From Lobosporangium transversale (taxonomy: Eukaryota), in assembly GCF_002105155.1 (NCBI RefSeq), contig NW_019028982.1:496001-560000 (forward strand): 64,000 nucleotides of DNA, in the 5' to 3' direction. Both the position numbers and the translations under genes were made by a program. This document shows positions 20,085-30,720 of this stretch, piece after piece. The number at the start of each line of letters is the position of its first letter. Position 1 is the stretch's first letter. Under the pieces are notes generated by a model that was given only the letters and a program-made list of their open reading frames with translations, did no database searches and was not told where the DNA came from.

Positions 20085-22914
20085 GAGGTCGACTACACCT
20101 CTACCAAACAGCATGGAATCTATTAACAGACGAGAAATGGGTACGCAGAGTTATTCAGAATGGATACGAAATCCCGTTCGATTCGCTACCACCAATCAGC
20201 AATACAACAACACACAGCAGCGTCCGCTCCAAAGAAGAAATGAAGACGATAGAACAAGAAATTGTAGCATTATTAGCCAAGAAAGCCATAGAGGAAGCTT
20301 CAGAACATGGGTTCGTGAGCCGCATCTTTACTATTCCAAAGAAAACGGGGGATCTACGCCCCGTATTGAACCTAAAGCCACTGAACAAATTTATTTCACC
20401 CCCTCATTTCAAAATGGAATCAATGAAGACGGTTTGCAATATGATAAACAAAAAGGATTACATGACGAGTATAGACTTAGAGGATGCCTTCCTACATATT
20501 CTAATACACCCCGAATCACGCCGGTTCCTTCAATTTCAATGGAAGGAGAAAACTTACCAGTTTCGGGTGCTCCCCTTCGGGCTGTCGTTAGCCCCTTACG
20601 TATTCACCAAGATGCTGAAACCAGTGCTGAAATGGGCCAGAAGGAAAGGGATAAGGATAGCAGCGTATCTGGACGATATCCTGATAGTAGCCTCATCACA
20701 ACAGTTGTCGGAGATACATACCGAGATGGTTCTCCAGCGACTAGCATCCGTAGGATTCAAGGTGAAGGAGTCGAAATCACATCTAAAGCCGACACAGACA
20801 ATCCAACACCTAGGATTCACAATCGACAGCCGCAAGATGACACTGTCGGTACCCAAGAACAAGATCCGAGATGTCCGCAGAGAGGCATCCAAGATGATAA
20901 AGAAAGGAGAAATGACTCTGAGAGCATTAGCATCATTCATAGGCAAAGCTCTGTCCATGACAGCAGCAGTCCTTCCAGCACGACTAAGAACTCAGAACCT
21001 CACCCAGCTGAGAAACGAAGCTCTCCGACAAGGGAATTCATGGACGGCATCTATTTCGTTGACGACGAAAGCCAAGGAGGACCTCCAGTGGTGGATAACC
21101 AATTTGCGAGAATGGAACGGCCACACTTGGATAACCCAAACCCCTCAAGAGGAGATATTCACGGATGCGTCCGACACGGGCTGGGGAATAGTCCACAAGA
21201 ACTATCACTACTCAGGAGTATGGAACCAGTCGGACCACAGCCAACACATCAATTGGAAAGAACTGATGGTAGTATGGTATGCCACCAAGCTACCTCAATT
21301 ACAAGGCAAACGAATTCACTTGTACTGCGACAACACAACGACGATCGCGTATGTGAACAAATTTGGAGGAACGAAGTCACCACAGTTAATGGAACTTGCG
21401 GAAAAGATTTGGGAACATTGCCTACAGACAGGGACAATGATTTCGACGTCCTTCGTACCATCGGAGTTCAACCCGGCGGATCCACCCAGCCGGCAATTAA
21501 ACACCCAACTAGAATGGAGCCTCAAACCCGAATGCTTCCAAGCCATAGACAAACTATGGGGACCACACAAGATCGACCTATTTGCCTCTCACAAGAACAC
21601 TCAACTTCCGACATACATGTCGTGGAAGTACGACCCGTCCGCCCTAGCGCAGAATGCGCTACTGCAACCATGGAAGAACTTGGGCAGATTATACATATGT
21701 CCACCATGGAACCTGATTCCCCAAATTCTGGACCGTCTAAAGAGAGAGCGCCTCAAAGCCACGGTGATCACACCCAATTGGACAGGAGCGATATGGTACC
21801 CGACTATCCGAGCGATGACCACGACGACGCCACTCAATCTAACACGAGCAGCAGTGCACTCATCCTCGCCACGAGACCCGGGGATCCTGAACAAGAACCC
21901 GGCATGGTGCTTGCTAGCCTGGAATATCGACGGCGCCAAGGTCTCTTGGAGCAAGGCCTCAACGAGGACGCCTTAAAGGTGTTACTTGACTCGGCCTCAG
22001 AGACTATAAAAAGTCAAAAATATAACCATATCCAGAAAGGATACATCAGTTGGTGCCAAAGGAACCATATTGACCCCGCTAGGGCCAACCCAACAGCACT
22101 CATCAACTACTTTGCTTGGGGTAAACGAGCTAAAGGTTGGTCACCTCAGACGATTTTAACGTATCGAGCACATCTCAAAGGCCTATACCCAGGTTCAAAA
22201 GTATTCGAAGACGACTATACGTTCAACAAATTCTTCAAAGTCCTTAAAGCCAATCAAGTCTGTCCTGCTAAAGATATAGATATCGACATTACGCCAGTTC
22301 TCGACTACTTTCGAGCTCTAGGTGACAACGATACCATTTCACCCATGGAATTGACCAAAAAATTGTGTTGGCTATTAGGCATGTGTTTATTTCTTCGACC
22401 TAGCGATATCGAACGTATCGACCTCTCACGTTGTAAAGAAACTAGACAAGGAATACACGTCTACGTAGTAAGACCGAAACAGACAAGGCAAGGAGTCCAC
22501 CAAGATACATCCTCTCTCCTTTCCATCCATACACTTGACCCACTATTATGTCTGGTTGCCACATGGAAGACTTATGTACGACGATTAGTTGGCCGCAATC
22601 TGAAATGGCCACATCCAACGCTCCCAGATCTATCATATAACCCTCTCATTCGCTACGTCAACGAACCAGACTCACCTACAGGAGCGGAACGAATAAGCAA
22701 CCACATCAAGAGTGTCATGTCCCTTGCTTCCATGCCATCACAAACTCGAATTCCTAAGGCACGCGCCGCTGGTTCCACACTAGCAGCCCTCAAAGGTTCC
22801 GACCTGGATGAGATCGTCATGCAGGGCCGATGGGCCTCGCAAGAGGTTTACAAGAACTTCTACCGGTTGTCAAGTAGAACCAGGTGCAATTTCACAACAA
22901 CCATTCTTAGCTGA
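19120..22914 (+). CDS. DIRS tyrosine recombinase ORF (YR domain about 21950-22914; frame open for 1264 codons)
   Basis: SAM-like N-domain, then FLRPSD (R), VRPKQ (K), KARAAGST (R), GRWAS (W) and FYR (Y). Confidence 0.9.
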   Translation: MSTTHTLLLTLRTAIPVLRSWRATPLHHPPYPVTLPFQKTDMPSLRRSCKLSVLSRSSPRTEARSTSQTHQSKTHLCVARSPCATWHPTRIWNRSCLPSRDEKNSTQLSLMTRNNVTTILANFQKWKIWNTHLQQSPKNGLFPIVSRMLIRNWSHWQQKQHTLRGHSLQQRMHLSLKTVRTFQYYISSAPWIQSKLKYPCSASRSIKSALKHSTRKRNLSLLQTHRPDANWSKQPIYLNMPSFRKMSRNTAILTEVETTEAGKVALETIQLLKHSSINKRPLRLKANKQRNHSKIIITAWAANFFGAPLPHGEGDKEGGASRRSTTPLPNSMESINRREMGTQSYSEWIRNPVRFATTNQQYNNTQQRPLQRRNEDDRTRNCSIISQESHRGSFRTWVREPHLYYSKENGGSTPRIEPKATEQIYFTPSFQNGINEDGLQYDKQKGLHDEYRLRGCLPTYSNTPRITPVPSISMEGENLPVSGAPLRAVVSPLRIHQDAETSAEMGQKERDKDSSVSGRYPDSSLITTVVGDTYRDGSPATSIRRIQGEGVEITSKADTDNPTPRIHNRQPQDDTVGTQEQDPRCPQRGIQDDKERRNDSESISIIHRQSSVHDSSSPSSTTKNSEPHPAEKRSSPTREFMDGIYFVDDESQGGPPVVDNQFARMERPHLDNPNPSRGDIHGCVRHGLGNSPQELSLLRSMEPVGPQPTHQLERTDGSMVCHQATSITRQTNSLVLRQHNDDRVCEQIWRNEVTTVNGTCGKDLGTLPTDRDNDFDVLRTIGVQPGGSTQPAIKHPTRMEPQTRMLPSHRQTMGTTQDRPICLSQEHSTSDIHVVEVRPVRPSAECATATMEELGQIIHMSTMEPDSPNSGPSKERAPQSHGDHTQLDRSDMVPDYPSDDHDDATQSNTSSSALILATRPGDPEQEPGMVLASLEYRRRQGLLEQGLNEDALKVLLDSASETIKSQKYNHIQKGYISWCQRNHIDPARANPTALINYFAWGKRAKGWSPQTILTYRAHLKGLYPGSKVFEDDYTFNKFFKVLKANQVCPAKDIDIDITPVLDYFRALGDNDTISPMELTKKLCWLLGMCLFLRPSDIERIDLSRCKETRQGIHVYVVRPKQTRQGVHQDTSSLLSIHTLDPLLCLVATWKTYVRRLVGRNLKWPHPTLPDLSYNPLIRYVNEPDSPTGAERISNHIKSVMSLASMPSQTRIPKARAAGSTLAALKGSDLDEIVMQGRWASQEVYKNFYRLSSRTRCNFTTTILS
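20009..21976 (+). CDS. DIRS reverse transcriptase - RNase H - Dam-like methyltransferase ORF (frame open from 20009, first ATG at 20240)
   Basis: VGGRL...W motif at 20081 upstream of the first ATG. RT: RPVLNLKPLN, IDLEDAF, LPFGL, YLDD. RNase H: TDAS, HINWKE, CDN, NPAD. MT: IDLFAS, CPPW, PNW..AIWYP. Confidence 0.95.
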   Translation, partial: LRLGRPIFSELPFHTGKGTRKGAPVGGRLHLYQTAWNLLTDEKWVRRVIQNGYEIPFDSLPPISNTTTHSSVRSKEEMKTIEQEIVALLAKKAIEEASEHGFVSRIFTIPKKTGDLRPVLNLKPLNKFISPPHFKMESMKTVCNMINKKDYMTSIDLEDAFLHILIHPESRRFLQFQWKEKTYQFRVLPFGLSLAPYVFTKMLKPVLKWARRKGIRIAAYLDDILIVASSQQLSEIHTEMVLQRLASVGFKVKESKSHLKPTQTIQHLGFTIDSRKMTLSVPKNKIRDVRREASKMIKKGEMTLRALASFIGKALSMTAAVLPARLRTQNLTQLRNEALRQGNSWTASISLTTKAKEDLQWWITNLREWNGHTWITQTPQEEIFTDASDTGWGIVHKNYHYSGVWNQSDHSQHINWKELMVVWYATKLPQLQGKRIHLYCDNTTTIAYVNKFGGTKSPQLMELAEKIWEHCLQTGTMISTSFVPSEFNPADPPSRQLNTQLEWSLKPECFQAIDKLWGPHKIDLFASHKNTQLPTYMSWKYDPSALAQNALLQPWKNLGRLYICPPWNLIPQILDRLKRERLKATVITPNWTGAIWYPTIRAMTTTTPLNLTRAAVHSSSPRDPGILNKNPAWCLLAWNIDGAKVSWSKASTRTP

Positions 22915-22924
22915 TCTCTGGAGT

Positions 22925-23020
22925 CACAGGAAAGGGTCGCTGGACTATGAAGGATAATGGATAGCGAAGACGACAAAGGAAGTCTTACGCTCATTATCCG
23001 TACCAGCGACCCTTTCCTGT
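22925..23020 (-). other. DIRS internal complementary region (ICR)
   Basis: 22925-22960 is the reverse complement of the left end (18904-18939). 22961-23020 is the reverse complement of the right end (23188-23247). Together they give the circle junction. Confidence 0.95.
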
Positions 23021-23062
23021 CCCGCCCACGGCCACCCAAGGAGCATACGATTCTTAGCGGTC

Positions 23063-23256
23063 GAAAAAGAAAGATGTAGTACCAGATCAGCCAGCAGAGA
23101 GAATTTAAAAAAAAAAAAAAAAAAAAAAGTTTATTTTTAGTTTAAGGGTAGTTCTGTAGCTCGAGATTTATTAAAGAGAAAGATTACACAGGAAAGGGTC
23201 GCTGGTACGGATAATGAGCGTAAGACTTCCTTTGTCGTCTTCGCTATCCATTATCC
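23063..23256 (-). repeat. DIRS right ITR core plus right extension
   Basis: 23063-23205 pairs with the left ITR. 23206-23256 is the extension matched by the ICR. Confidence 0.93.
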
Positions 23257-23806
23257 ACTCAGGAAAATGAAAAAAAAGGCGTTGGAGTGCTGGATGCGGA
23301 AAAAAAAAAAAAAAAAAAAAAAGAAATCAGCAAAACAAACAAACAAACACAAGAAACAAAAAAGTATTTTTTTTCTCTCTGTTTACTCGTTGTACTGCTT
23401 ACGTCCTCTGAACGATGCGCACAATCGTGGGCACCATGTCTCCATGTGCTCCGCTCACATTCCTGTGCTCCGCTCACATTCCTGTGCTCCTTCCCAATGC
23501 CGTTCAAAAACAACCAATAAATCATTGATTTACAGCAAAAATACTCAACAAAAGACAATGAAGGCGAGAGTGAGAAACTTCGCCATCTCACAATATAAAT
23601 ACCACAGTTGCCTCTCTTCTCTTTTAACATTGCTTTGCTCCATCGACTGCTCCCTGGTGTCCACTAGCCTTTTCCCTTCTTTATCCTCTTTAATCTCTCT
23701 TCTTTCCGCTCCCCTTCCCAACCTACTGCAGCAGCCAAGTTATCTCTTGTGCACGCCATTCTAAACGCCCCCGCCTCAATACCCTAACTCTTCCTCCCTT
23801 CTCACA

Positions 23807-26800
23807 ATGGCTTTCGACATTCGTGACGAGGATGAGCAGCACCACGACGAGTTCGATGAGTACGAGGATGTAAAACAGTCAGAGCGTCCAAAATTCTACC
23901 GTCGACGCAAATTCTGGATATGTTGTATTCCTACTACCATCGTTGTCGTCGTCGTTGCCGTCATCCTGGCGCTTTATGTGATTATGCCCAAAATCGCACA
24001 GGGTCTAATGAACAAGTCCACGATTAATTTTTCTGAAATTGTAAGCTATTTATTCAACATGTGTTCCATATTGCATGCCTGTCTGTACGTAATTTATGGT
24101 ATTACATACATAAACTAACGATCTACGCGTTATACATGATACTAGGACATTACCAATCCTACAGCTACAACTATGGATATTATTATGAAAGGTGACATGC
24201 AAAATACTGGCCCATTTCACGCTGAAATTTCTTTCCCTGGCGAGGTTACTGTCTCTTGGAATGGCACTGTTCTCGGCACCACCCAAATCCCAGGTTCTAG
24301 CGAAGCTGCGTAGGTTTTGCTTACTTTCTGTATCATCAGCCTTGCAACTGCAACTGCACTTCGAACTAATTTTCAATATCACTTTTTATTTTACTTACTC
24401 TTTCTACAGAGGAGGTTCCGGTACCTTGGACTTGAAGAGCAGCTTCACAGTCACCAACTCATCTGCCTTTGCCGAGTTCTCAGGTTTCATGCTCAATGCC
24501 GAGTCATTCGTCTGGCATCTCGAGGGCAAGCTCAATGTCTAGGCTCTCGGCCACACTGTCAAGGATCTCGACTTGAGCAAGGATATTACTGTCAATGGTA
24601 AGGATTTTTTATATATTTTATTTTTATTTTTATTTTTTTTCGCAATAGTATTTCATTGCTGTCATAGGGTTTGCATTACATCTTGATTGATGTCATATCT
24701 CTTTTCCTTCACCTAATACTTCGATAATATGGCAAATCAGCGTTCAAGGGCCTGAGCGGTATTACCATTCAAAAGTTTTCTTTACCTGGTGATGACCCCT
24801 CCGGCAAAGGTATCCTTGTAGAGATTGACACTCTTGTGACCAACCCTTCCGCCATCCAGATGTATATGGGCACTTTGACCCTAGCCATTTCGTACAAGAA
24901 TACGCTGATGGGCTATGTTTCCTCCAGCGACTTGACCATGAAGCGTGGCCAGCAGACTTTGAGCATGAAGGGTGTTTTGATCCCACAGACGACCCCCGAA
25001 GGCCTTGCTGATACTTCTGAGATGATGTCACGATACATTGCAAATGTTGTGACTGACACGATTGCGACTGGTTATGAGGTTAAACCTGATGGTGTCAATT
25101 CTGTTGATTGGTTGAGCACCGCTGTTAAGAATTTGAAACTGACGGTTCCATTACAGAGCCCACAGCCTTTGCAATTGATCAAGGCCCTGAACTTGGGTGC
25201 GCTCGGTCTGGTTTTCACGCCTCCCACCGCTTATGAGCCCATCACGACATCAACTGGTGTCCTTGCCAACTACACTCTTCCCGACGGCTTCAACTTCAAC
25301 ATTCAATTCACACAAGTCGCCAACTCGTTCGCTTTGAGCCGTAACGACGTCATCATTGCCAACCTTAATTCATCTTACAATCCATCCACCTCAAATATGG
25401 CTGCAGGAACGCTGTCCTTTGATCTGTTGGCTACGCCCTTGACTGTCCCTGAAGCCTCTCGTCAGGTCTTCCAAGAGTTCAACCGCGACCTGACTGTGGG
25501 TTCTAATTTGCCTTTCAATGTTGTTGGTCATGCTTCCGTCTTCGCAAATACCTCTATTGGAACTGTCAATCTCATCAACATCCCTTTCAATGCATCAACT
25601 GAGCTAAGTGGCCTTCAGAGTTTGGCAAACCCTGCTCCCACCATCACTTCGCTACAAGTCATCTCTGGTACTCCTACTGCATTGACCATGGCCATCACGG
25701 TTGTGATTGTGAATCCATCGTCAATCTCACTCAATGCTGGCGACATCACACTTGACTTGGTGTATAAAGGCGCACGTCTCGGTACAGTAACCATGCCCAA
25801 CTTGGCCATTGTTCCAGGCGCCAACGCTGTTGAAGCTACATCAACAATTGATCCTGCCGCTTCACCTGAGGGCATGGAGCTTCTGACATTGTATACAAGC
25901 GGTGCAGGCGCAGACGTTAATATCGTCGGTACTCCTGCCAGTACTGCTGTCGAGTCCCTGTCCCTTGCATTTGGCGCTCTAAGCATTGGATCCTCAATGC
26001 CTGGTCTCCAATCTAAGCTTTTGGCCGGTGCCTCCCTTCAAGTCCTCGAAACTACTCTTGCCGATGGCCTTGCTCAGACTGTTGTCACTGTCAACAATCC
26101 ATTTGTTCCTCCTATGACTATTCTTTCTATCGACTCCCAAATCACCTATAACGGAATCTCGCTTGGAACAGTCGTGTCAACTTTTAACTCGCCCCCCGTG
26201 GTCCCAGGTACAGGCCAAGGTACCATCACTGCTGGCCTTGCTCTCAACACCAACCCTGAGGATCTTGTCAGTTTGATCCGATCTCAAGCTATCAAGAATG
26301 GCTTGAGTGTTGAAGCATTTGACGGCCTTTTGTCGCTCCACCATGGTGGAAACCCTCCTTCGAGCTTGTTTGAAGGTTTTAATGTGGCTGATTTTGTGAT
26401 CAAAGCAATGCAGGGTCTCTCTGTCGACATCACAATGACTACGACTGTCAAGGTTGGAGAATACCAAGTGACCATGCCATACACCCAAACAGGCGTTTCG
26501 ACCACTACAGATCAATCCATTCTTCGCTTGATTCCTCTTGTAGGCACCCCGATTGCGCAACTTTTGGTGGACCGCTCTGCTCTTGCTTTTGAAGCAATCA
26601 CTATTCTTTCACCTGCAGAAACCGGATTTCAGACAGACATTGTTGGAGCTATCACGGAGACTGGCCCCTTAGATGCCCAGATTCAGTTCCCTAACCCGGT
26701 GACAGTCTCATACAATGGCAAAGCGATTGGGTCGATGGCGATGCCTACTGTGAATGCGATTGCTAACAAGGGTGCCGCCTTGGACCTCACTGGTGTTTCC

Positions 26801-28942
26801 TTCACTATCACAGAGCTTGCTGCATTCACTGAATTTAACGTGTACGCACTAAATAATCCCAAGTTTGAGTGGACTATTTCGACGACAGGCCTTGTAGTGA
26901 ATGCAATGGGCGTTGCTCTTCCTGGCGTATCGATGACCAAGAAAGTGACTCTAGACGGATTCAACAAATTAGATGGCCTGCAGTTGTCAAGCTACATAAT
27001 CAATACTATCGATGATGCTGGCTTGCACATGGTGATCAGTGCCTCAATTTCAAACCCCTCGACCATCGGTATGACAATCCCAACCTCGATCTTCAACACT
27101 CAGTTCCATGGTAAGGTCCTTGGGCCTGCTGTGGCGGAGGGCCTCACCTTGGTTCCCCATGGCACATCTAGCTTCGCTTTGAATGCAACAATCGCAAGCG
27201 GCAACGGTGATATGAGGCCTTACTTGACCGGCATTTTCCAAAACGCACTCAACGGTGTGCCTACAGAGCTGGAAGCCCAGGGTGCAGGCGCGCCAGGTAT
27301 CTCATGGCTTGATGCAGCGATAAAATCACTCTTGCTTCACACTTCCTTGCCACCTCTTGCAGACCCACCGATTGAGTCTGCGGCAATCGATGCCATGACC
27401 ATGGATTTCACATGCGAGGCTTGTGTCTGGGCACCCGAATCAGTCTCAACCATCACTGCCAAGACTAATCTGCCGTTCAGGGATGGGGCTCCTATCGTAC
27501 AATTGAGCCAGAATGTCCAAGTCTTGGATAAGAATGGCGAACTTGTCGGAACATTGAGCACGGCTTACTCTCCAGCGAATGCCACGGGCAACAGTGTGAC
27601 TACCATAACTACTCAGGCTCCTATGGTGATTGCAGAAGGCTCACATCAAATCTACGAGGCCTTCATTGCCGACTTGACTGAGGCAACGACTTACCAACTC
27701 GGACTCCGTGGAACTGCAAATTCTGTTTTGGATTTGGGGGCCCTTGGTCAGATTGAAGTCAAGGGTATTAACTTGGATGTCAAGACTTCGCTCGACGGAC
27801 TACAAGGATTGAAGATAATTGAATACGTTACCAATATTGGCCTGAACTATTTCCCTGAATTCGAAGTTGTCAACCTCGTCAACATCAAAAATCCTAGCAA
27901 GTTGACGTTGAAGATTGGTGATTTGAAGATGAAGGTTGGAATTGATTACACGCCTGAAGGTTATGCTGGTGAATCCTTTATCACCAGTTTGATCCTTTCG
28001 CCTGGCGACAACATTGTTCCAGCGATGGTCATGCTGTACAACGACTCCCCTCAAGGAAAAAATGTTGTTATTGATAGTTCTATGCGAGATTTAGACCTAG
28101 CCCTGTACGCAGCCCCTGATACTAACAAGAACCCTGCACTCAATGCAGGAATGCAGGGCGTCCGCACTACAACCCTAATCGTTAAAGGCCTGCCTCCAAG
28201 GTTCAGCTCCCCTGCCTACAACCTTGACTGGGCAATCAAAGCCTCGCCCGAGACAGTTAACAGCGGGTTCGTGGATGTTACCACAACATTCAATAACCCG
28301 TTCTTTTCAACACCTTATGAGTTCCTTTCCTACAAGGCCAACGTAACTAAATTCCCAGCATCTGCTGAGGGTGGTTTCCTCAAAATATTGGTTGGAGATT
28401 TTTTGGATATGCTTGCGCCTTCAGTCCCAGAAACTGACGTGCAATTTAAGCTTCTACCCAGCCAGTCCATTACCGTCACTTACAAGATGAAGTTGGTTTG
28501 GATGCTCCCAGAAGGTATTTCTAGCCTTAAGGAGTCTGCCAAAGCTGGCCGCATCGAGAGATGCATCACTACATTGATGCCAGAGCTCAAGATCGGAAAT
28601 GACCCTAATCCCTTTTCACCTGATTGGAGTTCAGCCACGGTTTACCAAGATCACCCTAACCCGTATGTCTCTGTGCAGCTTGGACCAGATGCTGATTACA
28701 TGTTAAAATATTACGAAAGGCTTAATGGTGGTAATGTTGAGGTGCCGGTTCCTACTGCGACCGATTCACTACCAGCACCTTCGCCAACAGGTGTTCCCAC
28801 CGAGGTATCACCAATACAGCCAGAACCTACCACAACAACCGAGGCTCCAGTTCAGCCGCCAATTCCTTCGCCTGAGCCCATTGCGACAACCGATGAACCA
28901 GCACCCCCGGCCCCAACTCCAAACGAGGGAGCTCCTATTTAG
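23807..28942 (+). CDS. Type II membrane protein with tandem DUF3712/LEA2-like domains (Tag1-like), multi-exon
   Basis: Acidic N-terminus, RRRKFW plus TM helix, then exons ending in a 1368-codon ORF with repeated 'NPS.i.l..G.l.l' and 'K.vtl.GfnGL' units and a Pro/Thr-rich tail. GT..AG introns near 24041, 24310 and 24598. Confidence 0.8.
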
Positions 28943-29849
28943 AGGATGGAATGTGCTTAATTAAGACACGCGTTTAATGCTCTTTCGATATCATTTACTT
29001 TATCTAATGAACAAATGTTATAAAAATGCAAAGATAGCCAATTATCATTCTTCCCTGCCACATCCTAATGACGATTTGTAATGTTATATAGCTGAATAAT
29101 TATCTTCAGCGTCTCTCACCTCTCCTCCTGATTTCCGTATTTATTTTAATGAATAAACTCGTATTGCCGCATGGCGCTTTGTTGCAACGTTATACTAGGA
29201 AACGAAGGGAAGGATATGTTTATATGTGGCCTGTCTTGTTTCATATTACTTTTAGCATCATGCATCCGTTCATGGTTTGGTAGAGTTATGCTAATAGAAA
29301 TAAGGAAAGGAAACAGTCCTGAATTGTGCCTATGGGTAATACACTCGGGAGAAATATCTAAGTAAACCCTATGCCGTGTAAGCAAAGAGGCCTTAAACAC
29401 ACAACAAGCGAATAGAAAACCATATAAAAACGCGTGAAAGCAGATGAAGGGAAAAGTACTCTTCTACTCAGCAGTTATCATTGGAATGAGTGGCTTTTTT
29501 TAAAGAAGCAAACAAAAGAACTGAATAATGTATTATACATGTACATCAACTAAACCGAATGGGTAAGGTCATGTACCCATTACTGAATATAACTGCTGAT
29601 AGATTTTCGTGGTTATGGCCTATTTTCCCGATGGGCGAACCAACTATATATAATGTCAATAGGCGCAAATGTGAACAATAAATACAGAAAACCGGTTGAG
29701 TAAAATAAAACACACGATTTGGTTGCAATTCAGGAGTTCACTCGTCCCACCGTGGAAGCTTTATATATGATGGCTGACAACGAAGGGATCCAAGGTGAAA
29801 AGGAAACGAGGGGGCTATTGCTGTTTGTAAACAACCAAGCAAAGAAAAG

Positions 29850-30720
29850 AAAGTAAGGCCCTCGCGCTCAGCCTCTTTTCGTTGCAGATACATTTTACCC
29901 TCAAGTGAACTAAACCAACTTCGCAGGTGCCAATTTCGATGTTCAAGGGAAATAGCTTGGCCGTATGGTCTACACGAATAAATATAATTTCTATGCTTTA
30001 CAGGCCGCACAAAAATCCCCTTTACCCCAGTGCTACAAACACTTTCGCTCTCAAGCTGCGCTTGCTCGTGAAGGCTCGATTTATGCATGGTGTAAGTCTT
30101 TATTATCTGTATCATTTATGGGTGAGAAATTCATTCTGGTTCTGATTTGAAGCAACACAAATCGTTGATCAGGAAATAATAAAGTCTGATCCTTGAGTAG
30201 CCCCAAAGGTTCCTGACTTAACTTTGCAAGCCACTCCTTAAAGTATAGCCATAGAGCCCCCAACCTCTTTTTAAACTCATTGAGCTCTCCAACGTCAAGC
30301 ATCCGAACAAACTGAGATACTTTGAGAATTGAACTCATTCTTGGCTTCATGTCCAAAAACTGCTGATAGCTCAACCTTTAAGAGGAATGAGCCAAGCAGA
30401 ATTGAATAATCTTTTAGTAGTAACTAATAGTAGACAGAGCCGCAGTAAGCTATTCATGTGATAAATATACTGATTAGGGGCACAATCACCAACTTAGCTC
30501 TTTAGCATTTCAGCGATTGTCAAGTTGTACTTAGCTGCTTCTGCATGAGCCGCCGTTACCCAGCGAGTGCTGATTTTGTATATGACTGACTGATATTGTT
30601 AGTAAGGCTCTCGCTCTCAATGGAGGGTCGCGAAGTGCTCACAGTGGTACTAAACCCGTTAATACTCGTAGCCAATAGCCTTGATTGGAAAGCCAAGGCT
30701 TTACGAGACGATTAAACTAG
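29850..30720 (-). pseudogene. Degenerate transposase remnant, possibly hAT
   Basis: STRW at about 30560-30571 and ESESVCSTG (resembles hAT ESERxFS) at about 30026-30052, broken by stops and frameshifts. No TIRs found. Confidence 0.3.

Larger units (their letters stand above)
18903..23256 (+). mobile_element. Full-length DIRS1-like tyrosine-recombinase retrotransposon
   Basis: Inverted terminal repeats (18921-19065 / 23063-23205), an internal complementary region (22925-23020), and uninterrupted gag, RT-RNaseH-methyltransferase and YR ORFs. Confidence 0.95.

Noticed and set aside
18903..23256. LTR retrotransposon interpretation
   Set aside because: Terminal repeats are inverted, there is no DDE integrase or protease, and a YR and ICR are present.
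23443..23490. 19-bp tandem duplication TGTGCTCCGCTCACATTCC
   Set aside because: Simple local duplication with no further structure.
25615..28054. Several antisense ORFs inside the DUF3712 gene (similar ones inside the subtilisin and RT genes)
   Set aside because: Expected antisense shadows of codon-biased genes; no motifs.
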